A stretch of DNA of 64,000 nucleotides from an uncultured delta proteobacterium (lineage in GTDB: Bacteria > Desulfobacterota > Syntrophia > Syntrophales > Smithellaceae). Numbering within the stretch: position 1 is the stretch's first letter; each line of letters starts with the position of its first letter. The stretch covers positions 608,001-672,000 of the forward strand of contig CAVWEH010000005.1 of the NCBI GenBank assembly GCA_963753975.1. The letters are read 5' to 3'. Made by a program: the position numbers and the translations under genes. The notes beneath the pieces were generated by a model. That model searched no databases and was not told where the DNA came from. It saw only the letters and a list, made by a program, of their open reading frames with translations. Of the stretch, positions 1-9,441 are shown one piece after another.

Positions 1-670
1 GCGCCGCATAGACCGCCGGAACCGTGCCGTTTCCGGGAAGTCCCAGGCCGAGCGCTTCCGTGACACAGTTCATGGAATTGGCGGTGTACATACCGGAACA
101 CGATCCACAACCCGGACAGGCGCAATCTTCCAACTGTTTCAAACTGGCTTCGGTCATTTTTTTGGCTTTAACTGCGCCCACGCCTTCAAAAACGCTGATA
201 AGGTCAACGGCTTTTCCTTCCATTTGTCCCGCAAGCATCGGGCCGCCGCTGATAAAAATAGCCGGAATGTTCAAGCGCAGAGCCGCCATGAGCATTCCGG
301 GAATAATCTTATCGCAGTTGGGAATGAAAACCAGCGCGTCAAAAGGATGAGCTGTGGCCATGATTTCAATGGAATCGGCGATCAACTCGCGGCTGGCGAG
401 AGAATATTTCATGCCGGCATGTCCCATTGCTATGCCGTCGCAAACTCCGATCACCGGAAATTCCACCGGAGTGCCGCCGGCCATGCGGATTCCCGCTTTG
501 ACATCCTGAGTGATTAAATCCAGATGGATGTGTCCGGGAATAATTTCATTGGCGGAATTGACGACGCCGATTAGCGGCCGCTCTATTTCTTCATCGGTAT
601 AGCCCATGGCCTTAAAAAGCGAGCGATGCGGGGCGCGCTCCAACCCTTTTTTCATGAGATCGCTTCTCAT
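1..670 (-). CDS. ilvD: dihydroxy-acid dehydratase, 3' part outside window
   Basis: Manual translation from ATG at 670: [23 protein letters not shown]...PGHIHL...[25 protein letters not shown]...[12 protein letters not shown]...[18 protein letters not shown]. Not in the ORF track because it runs off the window edge. Confidence 0.97.
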   Translation of the reverse strand, partial: MRSDLMKKGLERAPHRSLFKAMGYTDEEIERPLIGVVNSANEIIPGHIHLDLITQDVKAGIRMAGGTPVEFPVIGVCDGIAMGHAGMKYSLASRELIADSIEIMATAHPFDALVFIPNCDKIIPGMLMAALRLNIPAIFISGGPMLAGQMEGKAVDLISVFEGVGAVKAKKMTEASLKQLEDCACPGCGSCSGMYTANSMNCVTEALGLGLPGNGTVPAVYAA

Positions 671-726
671 AAATTTACTCCTTAGATGCGAAGTCCGGCG
701 CATGCCGGAGATTTCTTACAAAGATG

Positions 727-1782
727 TCATTTTTTTCTTCTCTCTGGTCTCAATGCCCTTACAGCCGCGCCAGCCTGCCACATTTCGGATTCGCGCATTT
801 CTTTTAGTTCAGCCTCCAGTTTTTCCTTATAATCCGGGGCGCTATTGGCTTTGAGCACTATTGCCGTTTCCTTTCCCTTGGCGACTGATTTGTAAAGTTC
901 CTCAAATACCGGTTCCACCGCCTTGCGGAATTTATGTCGCCAATCCAGTGCTCCGCGCTGAGCTGTGGTGCTGCAATTGGCGTACATCCAATCCATGCCG
1001 TTTTCAGCCACGAGACGGATCAGGCTCTGCGTCAGTTCTTCCACGGTTTCATTAAAAGCTTCGCTCGGAGTATGACCGTGTTTGCGTAATTCGTTGTATT
1101 GCGCCTCCATCATTCCGGCCAACGCTCCCATCAGTACGCCGCGCTCGCCGGTCAGATCGCTGTATACTTCCATTTGAAAAGTCGTGGGGAACAAAAATCC
1201 GGAGCCGATAGCGATACCCAGCGCCAATGTCCTTTCTTTGGCGCGGCCGGTAGCGTCCTGATGAACGGCGAAGCTGCTGTTGATGCCGCTTCCGTCCAGG
1301 AAATTTCTACGAACGCTCGTTCCGGAGCCTTTGGGTGCCACCAGAATCACATCCACAAAATCAGGCGGAATTACACCGGTCTGATCTTTGTAAGCGACGG
1401 AGAAGCCGTGTGAAAAGTAAAGAGCATCGCCTTTTTTGAGATTTGCCTTGACTTTTGGCCACAACATCATTTGTGCGGCATCGGATAGCAAGTATTGAAT
1501 GATGGTTCCCCGCTTGACAGCTTCTTCAATCGGGAACAGGGTCTTGCCGGGAACCCACCCGTCCTTGATTGCTTTGTTCCATGTAGTTTTATTCTCTTCA
1601 CGCTGCCCCACAATCACATTGATTCCGTTGTCCCGCATGTTGAGCGCCTGCGCCGGACCTTGGACGCCGTAACCAATCACCGCAACCACTTCATTTTTCA
1701 AAACCTGCTGCGCTTTCTTTAGAGGAAATTCTTCCGCCGTGATTACTTCTTCTTGAACGCCGCCAAAATTAATTTTCGCCAT
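727..1782 (-). CDS. ilvC: ketol-acid reductoisomerase
   Basis: VIGYGVQG NADPH motif, FSHGF, VAPKG, SDLTGERGVL, EAFNE, CSTTAQRG; lies in the ilv operon. Confidence 0.96.
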   Translation of the reverse strand: MAKINFGGVQEEVITAEEFPLKKAQQVLKNEVVAVIGYGVQGPAQALNMRDNGINVIVGQREENKTTWNKAIKDGWVPGKTLFPIEEAVKRGTIIQYLLSDAAQMMLWPKVKANLKKGDALYFSHGFSVAYKDQTGVIPPDFVDVILVAPKGSGTSVRRNFLDGSGINSSFAVHQDATGRAKERTLALGIAIGSGFLFPTTFQMEVYSDLTGERGVLMGALAGMMEAQYNELRKHGHTPSEAFNETVEELTQSLIRLVAENGMDWMYANCSTTAQRGALDWRHKFRKAVEPVFEELYKSVAKGKETAIVLKANSAPDYKEKLEAELKEMRESEMWQAGAAVRALRPERRKK

Positions 1783-1829
1783 ATAACCTCCCTGCTATTT
1801 ATGTAAATAGAATTTGGTTTGTTAAAGGA

Positions 1830-2315
1830 TCAGCTTTTTAAGTTCAAAGCCACGATACCGGTTCTTGTAATATCGGTTATACCAAGAGGTTCCAGCCGGG
1901 CAAGAGCAAGATCGATTTCCGGTTTATCGCCCGTGATTTCCAGAATTATAAAAGCATCATTGGATGCTATTACCTTCCATTTGTAGGTGTCAATTGCTTT
2001 TTTTATCTGTTCTTTTTTATCATCGGCCAAATTCAGGCGAACCAGAATCATTTCGCGGTGAACAGATTCGACATTGGTCAAATCGTCGACCTGGATGACG
2101 TCGACCAGTCTTTGCAGTTGACCTTCGATTCTGGAAATAGTTGCCTGATTGCCGATAGTGGCCATTACTATTTTCGATACTTCGTATTGGGTGGTCGTGT
2201 TCACGCAGAGACTTTCAATGTTGTAGCCTTTGCCGCCCAGTGTTCCCGCGATTCTCGCCAACACGTCCGGTTTATTGTAAACAAGTATCGAGATTATGTG
2301 CTCTTTCTTTTCCAT
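1830..2315 (-). CDS. ilvN: acetolactate synthase small (ACT regulatory) subunit
   Basis: VYNKPDVLARIAG...GYNIESL, QLQRLVDVIQV, REMILV, C-terminal TRTG. Confidence 0.93.
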   Translation of the reverse strand: MEKKEHIISILVYNKPDVLARIAGTLGGKGYNIESLCVNTTTQYEVSKIVMATIGNQATISRIEGQLQRLVDVIQVDDLTNVESVHREMILVRLNLADDKKEQIKKAIDTYKWKVIASNDAFIILEITGDKPEIDLALARLEPLGITDITRTGIVALNLKS

Positions 2316-2343
2316 GCCGATTAACCTTTCTCTCTATTTTTTA

Positions 2344-4047
2344 TTAATTAATCATTTCTCTGGTGCCCAGCTCCATTTCACTGATGGATTCACCCGGGCG
2401 CACCATAGGATAAACGCATTCTTCACGGGCAACCTGAAAATCCATCAAGACCGGTTTATCGATGGAAAGCCCTTTTTGTAAAATCGATTCCACCTCTTCC
2501 GGTTTTGTGGCGCGCAATCCTATGATGCCGTACGCTTCAGCCAATTTCACGAAGTCCGGCGCATAAGTCATATCCGTATGCGAATAGCGTTTTTCATAAA
2601 ATAATTCCTGCCACTGGCGCACCATGCCCAGATAGCCGTTATTCAAAAGAACGACCTTAACGGAAATTTTGTATTGAGCCGCAGTCGCGAGTTCCTGAAT
2701 ATTCATTTGGATGCTGCCGTCGCCGGCTATATCCACGACCTGTTTATCGGGAAATGCGCACTTGACGCCGATAGCCGCGGGCAGGCCGTAGCCCATTGTG
2801 CCCAGTCCGCCGGACGTGATGAAAGTGTTGGGTTTATCAAACTGGAAAAATTGTGCCGTCCACATCTGGTTCTGACCCACTTCTGTGGTGATGATAACAT
2901 TGCCTTTAGTCAATTTGTGGAGCGTTTCGATGACATACTGCGGTTTGATAACCTTGCCGTTTTGACAGTACGTCAGTGGAACTTTTTCCTTCCATTCGGC
3001 AATTTGTTTTAGCCATTCGTTCCTCCCTTTAGCTGCCGGAGAATAGTTGTGTTCGGCCAAAAATTTTATCATATCCTGAAGCGTTGCTTTTGTTTCGCCG
3101 ATAATCGGCAAATCGACGACGACATTTCTGTTGATGGAGGAAGGATCGATATCGATTTGAACGATTTTGGCATTGGTGGCAAAAGTCTCGATTGTCCCGG
3201 TGACGCGGTCGTCAAACCTCACGCCCACAGCGATGAGCAAATCGCAGTGGCTGACGGCCATATTCGCGTAGAAAGTGCCGTGCATTCCCAGCATGCCCAG
3301 CCACAGTGGATCAGTTCCCGGAAAGGAGCCCAAACCCATCAAGGTGCCGGTGACGGGAATTTGATAGTGTCTGGCGAGTTCGGTCAGCTCCGCCGCCGCT
3401 TTGCCCAGAATAACACCGCCGCCCGTCATAATTAAAGGCTTTTTGGCCTGAGCCAGCATTTCTAAGACCTGAGCCATTTTCTTCGGAGCCGGCTTGTGAA
3501 ATACATCATAGTTTCTGATCTTGATGCTGGCGGGATCATAGTCAGCTTCCGTCGCCATCACGTTTTTAGGTAAGTCCACCAAAACCGGGCCCGGTCGCCC
3601 GGAGCGCGCGATATGAAAGGCTTCCTTGATAGTGGAAGCAAGCTCTTCCACGCTTCTCACCAGGAAATTGTGTTTGGTGCAGGGACGCGTTATACCCGTA
3701 ATATCGGATTCCTGAAAAGCATCGTTACCGATTAATCCCGTCGGCACTTGCCCCGTAAAAACAACGATGGGTATGGAATCCATGTTGGCGGTCGCGATGC
3801 CGGTAACGGTGTTGGTGGCTCCCGGACCGGAAGTTACTAGGCAAACTCCCACTCTTCCGGTAGCGCGGGCATAGCCGTCGGCCGCATGTACCGCTCCCTG
3901 TTCATGGCGAACTAAGACATGTTTAATTTTGCTTTTATAAAGTTGATCATAAATATCCAGAACAGACCCGCCCGGATATCCGAAAATGATATCCACTTTT
4001 TCTTCTTCCAGCATCTTCAGCAGAATTTGTGAACCTTTTAATTTCAT
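2344..4047 (-). CDS. ilvB: acetolactate synthase large subunit
   Basis: FGYPGG, RHEQGAVHAADGYAR, TSGPGATN, GDGSIQMNIQEL TPP motif, LGMVRQWQ. Confidence 0.97.
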   Translation of the reverse strand: MKLKGSQILLKMLEEEKVDIIFGYPGGSVLDIYDQLYKSKIKHVLVRHEQGAVHAADGYARATGRVGVCLVTSGPGATNTVTGIATANMDSIPIVVFTGQVPTGLIGNDAFQESDITGITRPCTKHNFLVRSVEELASTIKEAFHIARSGRPGPVLVDLPKNVMATEADYDPASIKIRNYDVFHKPAPKKMAQVLEMLAQAKKPLIMTGGGVILGKAAAELTELARHYQIPVTGTLMGLGSFPGTDPLWLGMLGMHGTFYANMAVSHCDLLIAVGVRFDDRVTGTIETFATNAKIVQIDIDPSSINRNVVVDLPIIGETKATLQDMIKFLAEHNYSPAAKGRNEWLKQIAEWKEKVPLTYCQNGKVIKPQYVIETLHKLTKGNVIITTEVGQNQMWTAQFFQFDKPNTFITSGGLGTMGYGLPAAIGVKCAFPDKQVVDIAGDGSIQMNIQELATAAQYKISVKVVLLNNGYLGMVRQWQELFYEKRYSHTDMTYAPDFVKLAEAYGIIGLRATKPEEVESILQKGLSIDKPVLMDFQVAREECVYPMVRPGESISEMELGTREMIN

Positions 4048-4094
4048 TTATTTACTCCAATATTGCCGATTAAATTTGCACTTATGCTTAAATT

Positions 4095-4131
4095 AAAAAA
4101 GCCGCTGATTTCTCTTAAGAAAAGCGGCTTT
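4095..4131 (-). terminator. intrinsic terminator/attenuator hairpin upstream of ilvB
   Basis: Minus strand AAAGCCGCT-N16-AGCGGCTTTTTT. A second hairpin, CCGCGGG-N9-CCCGCGG followed by CTTTCTTATTTT, lies at 4150-4172. Confidence 0.8.
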
Positions 4132-4187
4132 GCTATAAAAATAAGAAAGCCGCGGGATTTAGGGGCCCGCGGTTCGTATCTTTTATG

Positions 4188-4295
4188 TTATTTCTTAAAG
4201 ATACAGAGAGCGGCAGACCCCCTGAGTACTACTACGAGTACCCTAACAACATTAATTATTAGGTTATTGCCGCAGTTTAAATCTTTAAGAAACAT
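4188..4295 (-). CDS. ilv operon leader peptide (35 aa)
   Basis: MFLKDLNCGNNLIINVVRVLVVVLRGSAALCIFKK*. Run of Leu/Ile/Val codons, AGAGG RBS upstream, terminator hairpins downstream. Confidence 0.8.
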   Translation of the reverse strand: MFLKDLNCGNNLIINVVRVLVVVLRGSAALCIFKK

Positions 4296-4322
4296 AATCT
4301 AATTCCTCTTATATCTGCACCT

Positions 4323-4351
4323 TTAATAACTAAAAAAAAAGTTCTTGTCAA
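4323..4351 (-). promoter_or_regulatory. sigma70 promoter for ilv leader
   Basis: TTGACA (4351-4346), 17 nt, TATTAA (4328-4323). Confidence 0.6.
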
Positions 4352-4358
4352 GGCATTT

Positions 4359-4620
4359 ATTGTGAAACTCCAATCCTAATGAAACTCAGATATTATCCCG
4401 TCGCGGGATGTCGCGTTTGTGAAAAGAGCCTTCGGCTCCTTCTAGGGGGGACTTCACAAACGCAGTGCAGTAATATCTGTCAGTTGAATTATCCCACGTG
4501 CGAAGCTAAGTGGGACTATAGTGTAATGAGACCCAAGTTTCAGAAACAGATTGCATAACCTAAAGGTCACAAAATGCTGAAACTTGTAGGTCGAATTATC
4601 CCGCAAAGCGGAGGGCTGTT
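4359..4620 (-). repeat. structured dispersed repeat (REP/MITE-like), copy 1, composite
   Basis: Reverse complement shares ATTGGAGTTTCACAAT, GGGATAATTCAACTGAC and TTTAGGTTATGC blocks with 12330-12441 and 39001-39158. Internal inverted repeats include GCGTTTGTGAA/TTCACAAACGC and CAGATATTA/TAATATCTG. Confidence 0.65.
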
Positions 4621-4648
4621 TTATGTCCGTGGTAATTTTTCCGAATTT

Positions 4649-6688
4649 TTACCGGAATAAATCTTCTTTTTCTTCGAGGAAATCTTTGGAGTTTTCACTC
4701 GGCTGCGCGCTATCCAGAAAACATTCGTAAATAGTGCCGTTTTCCGACTCGCTCGCCGGTTTTCCCGTTTTTGCGTCAACCTTTACGAATACGATTCCGT
4801 CCGGCGTGGGAAAAGTTTCCACCGGCGTGTTTTTCAGCACTTTTTCCATGAAATATAACCAAATAGGAGCCGCCGCCCTTCCACCTACTTCTAGTTTGCC
4901 CAAAGATATTTCCTGATCGAAGCCCACCCAAATTCCGGTAATAAGGGAAGGAGTAAATCCGATAAACCAGGCGTCACGAAAATCATTCGTCGTTCCTGTT
5001 TTTGCGGCCACCGGTCTTCCTATGCTTTTAACTCGTCTGCCGGTACCGCTTTCTACAACATCGCGCATAATGTAAGATGTCATGAAGGCTATTCGGGGAT
5101 CAATAACCTGTTCGGACTGAGGTTTAGTTTCTTCAAAAACGTTGCCGGTGCGATCAACAATTTTTTTAATAAAATAAGGAGTTACCTTTTTACCCTGGTT
5201 TGCCAAAACATCATAAGCTCTTACAAGTTCCTCCAGGGTTACGCCTGATACACCAAGTGCGAGCGATAGTGTCCGCGTTATAGGAGAAGAAATGCCCATA
5301 TTCGTGGCATAAGATGCTGCGTAATCAACGCCGATTTCTTGTAAAATCTTAATCGTCACAATATTTCGCGATTGAACGAGAGCCGTTCTCATGGTCGTAG
5401 GCCCCAAGAATTTTTCATCGAAGTTTCTTGGTTTCCAAAGGCCGTCTTCTGCAGTCGGATCTTCTATGATAATAGGAGAATCAACAAAGCGCGTCGAAGG
5501 ATTCAATCCTTTGTCGAATGCAGCCGTATAGATCAACGGCTTAAAAGCGGAGCCGGCCTGCCTGCGGGATTGGGTCGCACGGTTGAATTCGCTCTTATTA
5601 AAGTCGCGGCCTCCGACCATCGCGCGAATAGCGCCGGTTTTCACATCCATGCTAAATAGGGCGCCCTGCACCAGCCCGCGCTCGTATTTTTGCCTGTCTT
5701 CCAATTCCGTCAAACCTTTTTCCACGGCATCACGCGCTTCTTGTTGCGCGGACAGATTCAAAGTCGTATATATTGATAGACCTTCCTTATATAAAACGTC
5801 GGCGCCGTATTTTTCCTGCACGTAGCGGCGGACATTTTCCACAAAATAAGCTGCGACTTTATCTTTGGGTTTCATCGGCCGCAACTGCAGCGTAGCGGCA
5901 TATGCTTTTTCCATTTCTTCCTTGGATATGTAGCCGTCTTCCACCATGCGCGAAAGAACGTAAGCTTGTCTTTGCTTTGCTTTATCAAAATAGAGAAATG
6001 GAGAATACGTATTAGGTGCTTTCGGCAGACCGGCTAAAAGCGCCGCCTCGGGCAGGGTCAATTCCTTGGCAGTTTTGCCAAAGTAACCGAGCGCCGCCGA
6101 TTCTATTCCGTAAGTTCCGTGTCCCAGATAAATCTGATTCAAATATAAATTTAGAATTTCATCTTTGGAAAGATACTTATCGATTTTGTAAGCGAGAATC
6201 ACTTCCTTAAGTTTGCGGATGTACTTTTTTTCCGGTGAAAGATACATCATCTTTGCTACTTGCTGGGTAATGGTACTTCCGCCCTGGACGATGTGCCCCG
6301 CTTCAAAATTTTTGAACAGTGCGCGAAAAATACTTTGAATATCCAGACCCTGATGCTGGTAGAAACGGGAGTCTTCCGAGGCAACAAAAGCATAGTCGAC
6401 GATCTTCGGAACTTCTTCTATTTTCACTATTTTTCTATCTTCCAGGAAAAACTCATCAATCAGCTCATTGTTGTCATCGTAAACTCGGGAAGCTATGCTG
6501 GGGCGGTAATCTTTAAGCGTATCAATGCTGGGCAGATCTAAAGTCAGGGCATAGTAGATAGTAGTTCCGCCAACTGTTACGAATAAGATAATGAGGATTA
6601 AGCCCAGAAAAATGGCAAAAAGCGTGGAAAGCTTCTTAATTTCCCCATCATTTTCGATACTTAATTTTATACGACGTCGTATGGTCAT
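4649..6688 (-). CDS. mrcA: penicillin-binding protein 1A (transglycosylase/transpeptidase)
   Basis: EDSRFYQHQG, GGSTITQQ, RKLKE, SAFK (SxxK), SRN, KTGT. Confidence 0.93.
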   Translation of the reverse strand: MTIRRRIKLSIENDGEIKKLSTLFAIFLGLILIILFVTVGGTTIYYALTLDLPSIDTLKDYRPSIASRVYDDNNELIDEFFLEDRKIVKIEEVPKIVDYAFVASEDSRFYQHQGLDIQSIFRALFKNFEAGHIVQGGSTITQQVAKMMYLSPEKKYIRKLKEVILAYKIDKYLSKDEILNLYLNQIYLGHGTYGIESAALGYFGKTAKELTLPEAALLAGLPKAPNTYSPFLYFDKAKQRQAYVLSRMVEDGYISKEEMEKAYAATLQLRPMKPKDKVAAYFVENVRRYVQEKYGADVLYKEGLSIYTTLNLSAQQEARDAVEKGLTELEDRQKYERGLVQGALFSMDVKTGAIRAMVGGRDFNKSEFNRATQSRRQAGSAFKPLIYTAAFDKGLNPSTRFVDSPIIIEDPTAEDGLWKPRNFDEKFLGPTTMRTALVQSRNIVTIKILQEIGVDYAASYATNMGISSPITRTLSLALGVSGVTLEELVRAYDVLANQGKKVTPYFIKKIVDRTGNVFEETKPQSEQVIDPRIAFMTSYIMRDVVESGTGRRVKSIGRPVAAKTGTTNDFRDAWFIGFTPSLITGIWVGFDQEISLGKLEVGGRAAAPIWLYFMEKVLKNTPVETFPTPDGIVFVKVDAKTGKPASESENGTIYECFLDSAQPSENSKDFLEEKEDLFR

Positions 6689-6699
6689 AATTTTACCAA

Positions 6700-7455
6700 C
6701 TATTCCTCTTTATTTTCAGAATTTTCTTTTTTCTTTGCGGCAAATCTGGCCACAAATATACTCACTTCATACAAAAACATCAAGGGTATTGCCATCAGTA
6801 TCTGACTTAAAGCATCGGGTGAAGGCGTTAAAATTGCGGCAACGATAAAAATTATTAAGATAGCGTATCTTCTTTGCCGGGAAAGCATCTTAGCGGTGAC
6901 TATGCCCAGTTTGGCCAAAAAGAAAATAAATATAGGCAGTTCGAAGGATATTCCAAAGCCCAGCAAAAAGGTTACAAAGAGCGAAAGATAATCACTAAAG
7001 GAAATCATGGCCTGCAGATACTGATTGTTAAAGCTGACGAAAAATTCGAAGGCCGGCGGCAGGACGACAAAATAGCCGAATAAAACACCTCCGATAAAAA
7101 GCAAACTGGAGGAAAGGACAAAAGGGACCACGTATTTTTTTTCCTTCGGCAGTAATCCGGGCGCAATAAATTTCCATATTTGGTAAAGGATGAAAGGGCT
7201 CGTAATTATCAGGGAAGCAAAAAAAGCCAGTTTCATATAAACAAAAAAGGCCTCGGTCAGTCCCGTATAAATAAGATAACCGTTTTTAGGAAGGACTCTG
7301 GTGAGTGGTTTGGTAATTATATCGAAAATCGAATCCTTATAATAATAGCAGGCGCCAAAACCGATAACCAGGATAATTAAAATGCGGAAAATCCTTTTAC
7401 GCAACTCTATTAAATGTTCAGTCAGGGACATCTTGTGATCTTCGTTGGGTTCCAT
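6700..7455 (-). CDS. tatC: twin-arginine translocase subunit TatC
   Basis: MSLTEHLIELRKR, YQIWKFIAPGLLPKEK, FELP, TPSPDA. Confidence 0.96.
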   Translation of the reverse strand: MEPNEDHKMSLTEHLIELRKRIFRILIILVIGFGACYYYKDSIFDIITKPLTRVLPKNGYLIYTGLTEAFFVYMKLAFFASLIITSPFILYQIWKFIAPGLLPKEKKYVVPFVLSSSLLFIGGVLFGYFVVLPPAFEFFVSFNNQYLQAMISFSDYLSLFVTFLLGFGISFELPIFIFFLAKLGIVTAKMLSRQRRYAILIIFIVAAILTPSPDALSQILMAIPLMFLYEVSIFVARFAAKKKENSENKEE

Positions 7456-7508
7456 AATTTATACGTTAAGTTTTTGTTGGGAATCAGGGAAGCTTATTTT
7501 GAAATCAA

Positions 7509-7781
7509 TCACTTGTCTGCTTCTTTATGGGCAGGCGCCGGTTTGGTCTCTTCGATATCGGCCTTCTTCAATGAAAGTGAATCTTTCAGTCCGTCATCTT
7601 TTTGTTTTTCATCGTTCTGCAATGTTTGTTTGAGGTCATCGGTGATTCCGTCTGCGGCTTTGCGCAATTCACTGAAACTTTTTCCCAGTGTTTTGGCCAA
7701 ATCCGGCAATTTTTTTGGCCCGACAACAAGCAGAGCAATTATTGCAATTATAATAAGCTCCTGTATTCCGATGCCGAACAT
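7509..7781 (-). CDS. tatB: twin-arginine translocase TatA/TatB family (TatB-like)
   Basis: MFGIGIQEL, transmembrane helix, VGPKKLP, amphipathic helix; directly upstream of tatC. Confidence 0.75.
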   Translation of the reverse strand: MFGIGIQELIIIAIIALLVVGPKKLPDLAKTLGKSFSELRKAADGITDDLKQTLQNDEKQKDDGLKDSLSLKKADIEETKPAPAHKEADK

Positions 7782-8000
7782 GATTGTTAACTCCTAAAAA
7801 ATTGAAAAAACAGTCTATATATTGATTAGTGTTTTTGTCAATGTTTTTTGCGCTAGATGTCGCGGTCCAGTCATCCTGAAAATAACGACATGAGCCCCGA
7901 GAGATTGATTTCGGCGAAAGGGGAAATATTTTGCTCTTTACGCCTATTTATGATAAACGACCGATAATTTTTTAGGCCATAGTGAGGAAAGAAGGTACAC

Positions 8001-9056
8001 ATGTCCAGGAAAACAGGAATTGTCAAAGATCAGCGTTACTTGCAGCATTCGGCCGGATTTGGCCATCCGGAAAGTCCGGAAAGACTCGCGGCAATCTATG
8101 AAATGCTGGATAATCCCTCGATGGCCTGGAAATTCAAGGAAATTGAACCGCGCGAAGCCACGCACAAAGAAATTGAAACCATCCATACCCCCTCCTATGT
8201 TGAATATGTTGCCGGTACCGCGGGTGAGCGTAGTGTATTTCTCGATCCGGATACAGCAACCAGTCCGGAAACATATACGACAGCAAAGCTGGCTGTTGGT
8301 GGTGTCTGTAATGCCATTAATAGTGTTATCGCTGGCGATGTGGATAATGCCTTTGCTTTCGTGCGGCCGCCGGGCCATCATGCAGAAAAAGACAGAGCAG
8401 CAGGGTTTTGCATCTTCAATAATATTGCCATCGGGGCGATGCATGCCATCTTAAAACACAACATGAAAAGAGTGCTTATCGTGGATTGGGATTTGCACCA
8501 CGGCAACGGCACGCAGCACAGCTTTTACAGTGATCCGCGAATTTTGTATTTTTCCACGCATCAGTATCCATATTACCCGGGAACGGGAAGTTTACAGGAG
8601 ATCGGCCGGGGTAAGGGAGAAGGTTATACGGTTAATGTCCCAATAAGCGGCGGCGCCGGAGATGCCGACTATGTTAAAATATTCCGTAAAGTTTTAGAGC
8701 CGGTTGTGCTCGAATTCAATCCTGAAATCGTTCTTTTATCTGCGGGCTTTGATATTTATTTTCAGGATCCCCTGGGCAGCATGCGCGTAACGCCGGAAGG
8801 GTTTGCCGCTCTAACGCGTATTTTGCTCACGATAGCCGATTCCTGTTGCTGTGGGCGCTTAGTGGCCGTGTTGGAGGGCGGATATCACATCGTAGGTCTG
8901 ACCAAGTCGGTGAAGGCTGTTTTGGAAGAGATGCTGGATGAAACGCACATTTCGCAAGAGAAACTTTCTTCTTTAGAACGGGAAGCCGATGAAGATACCA
9001 ACCAAATCATCAAACAGGTCATATCGAGAATTAATCCATACTGGAAAGTGTTTTAG
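8001..9056 (+). CDS. histone deacetylase family protein
   Basis: HPESPERL, RPPGHHA, GFCIFNN, DWDLHHGNGTQ, SAGFD, LEGGY. Confidence 0.95.
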   Translation: MSRKTGIVKDQRYLQHSAGFGHPESPERLAAIYEMLDNPSMAWKFKEIEPREATHKEIETIHTPSYVEYVAGTAGERSVFLDPDTATSPETYTTAKLAVGGVCNAINSVIAGDVDNAFAFVRPPGHHAEKDRAAGFCIFNNIAIGAMHAILKHNMKRVLIVDWDLHHGNGTQHSFYSDPRILYFSTHQYPYYPGTGSLQEIGRGKGEGYTVNVPISGGAGDADYVKIFRKVLEPVVLEFNPEIVLLSAGFDIYFQDPLGSMRVTPEGFAALTRILLTIADSCCCGRLVAVLEGGYHIVGLTKSVKAVLEEMLDETHISQEKLSSLEREADEDTNQIIKQVISRINPYWKVF

Positions 9057-9068
9057 GGAGGACTCACG

Positions 9069-9357
9069 TTGAAACTAAGCTCGCAGGAAGTGGAATATGT
9101 GGCACATTTAGCCCGCCTGGAAATAACGGAAAAGGAAAAAGATAAAGTTTACCGCACAACTCAACGATATTTTGCTCTACATAGACAAGCTCAATGAATT
9201 GGACACCAAGGGTGTGGAACCGATGAGCCACGCTATCGCCGTGACTAACGCATTTCGCGAAGATAATATAGTGGATTCCATCGGAACGGAAAAGTCGCTG
9301 GCCAATGCGCCGGATGCTCGTGGGGAGTTTTTCCGCGTGCCGAAAGTAATAGATTAA
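9069..9357 (+). CDS. gatC: Asp/Glu-tRNA amidotransferase subunit C, frameshifted near 9144 (probable sequencing error)
   Basis: TTG start after GGAGG gives MKLSSQEVEYVAHLARLE. One extra A in GATAAAGTTT; the other frame continues to FFRVPKVID*. Length 289 = 288+1. Confidence 0.88.
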
Positions 9358-9441
9358 AAACAATGGGCACCGAAAGTAATCGACTGACGACGCGCCGTCC
9401 TACGATATTCTTTAAGCATTTATTGGTGATTTAAGGCATTT

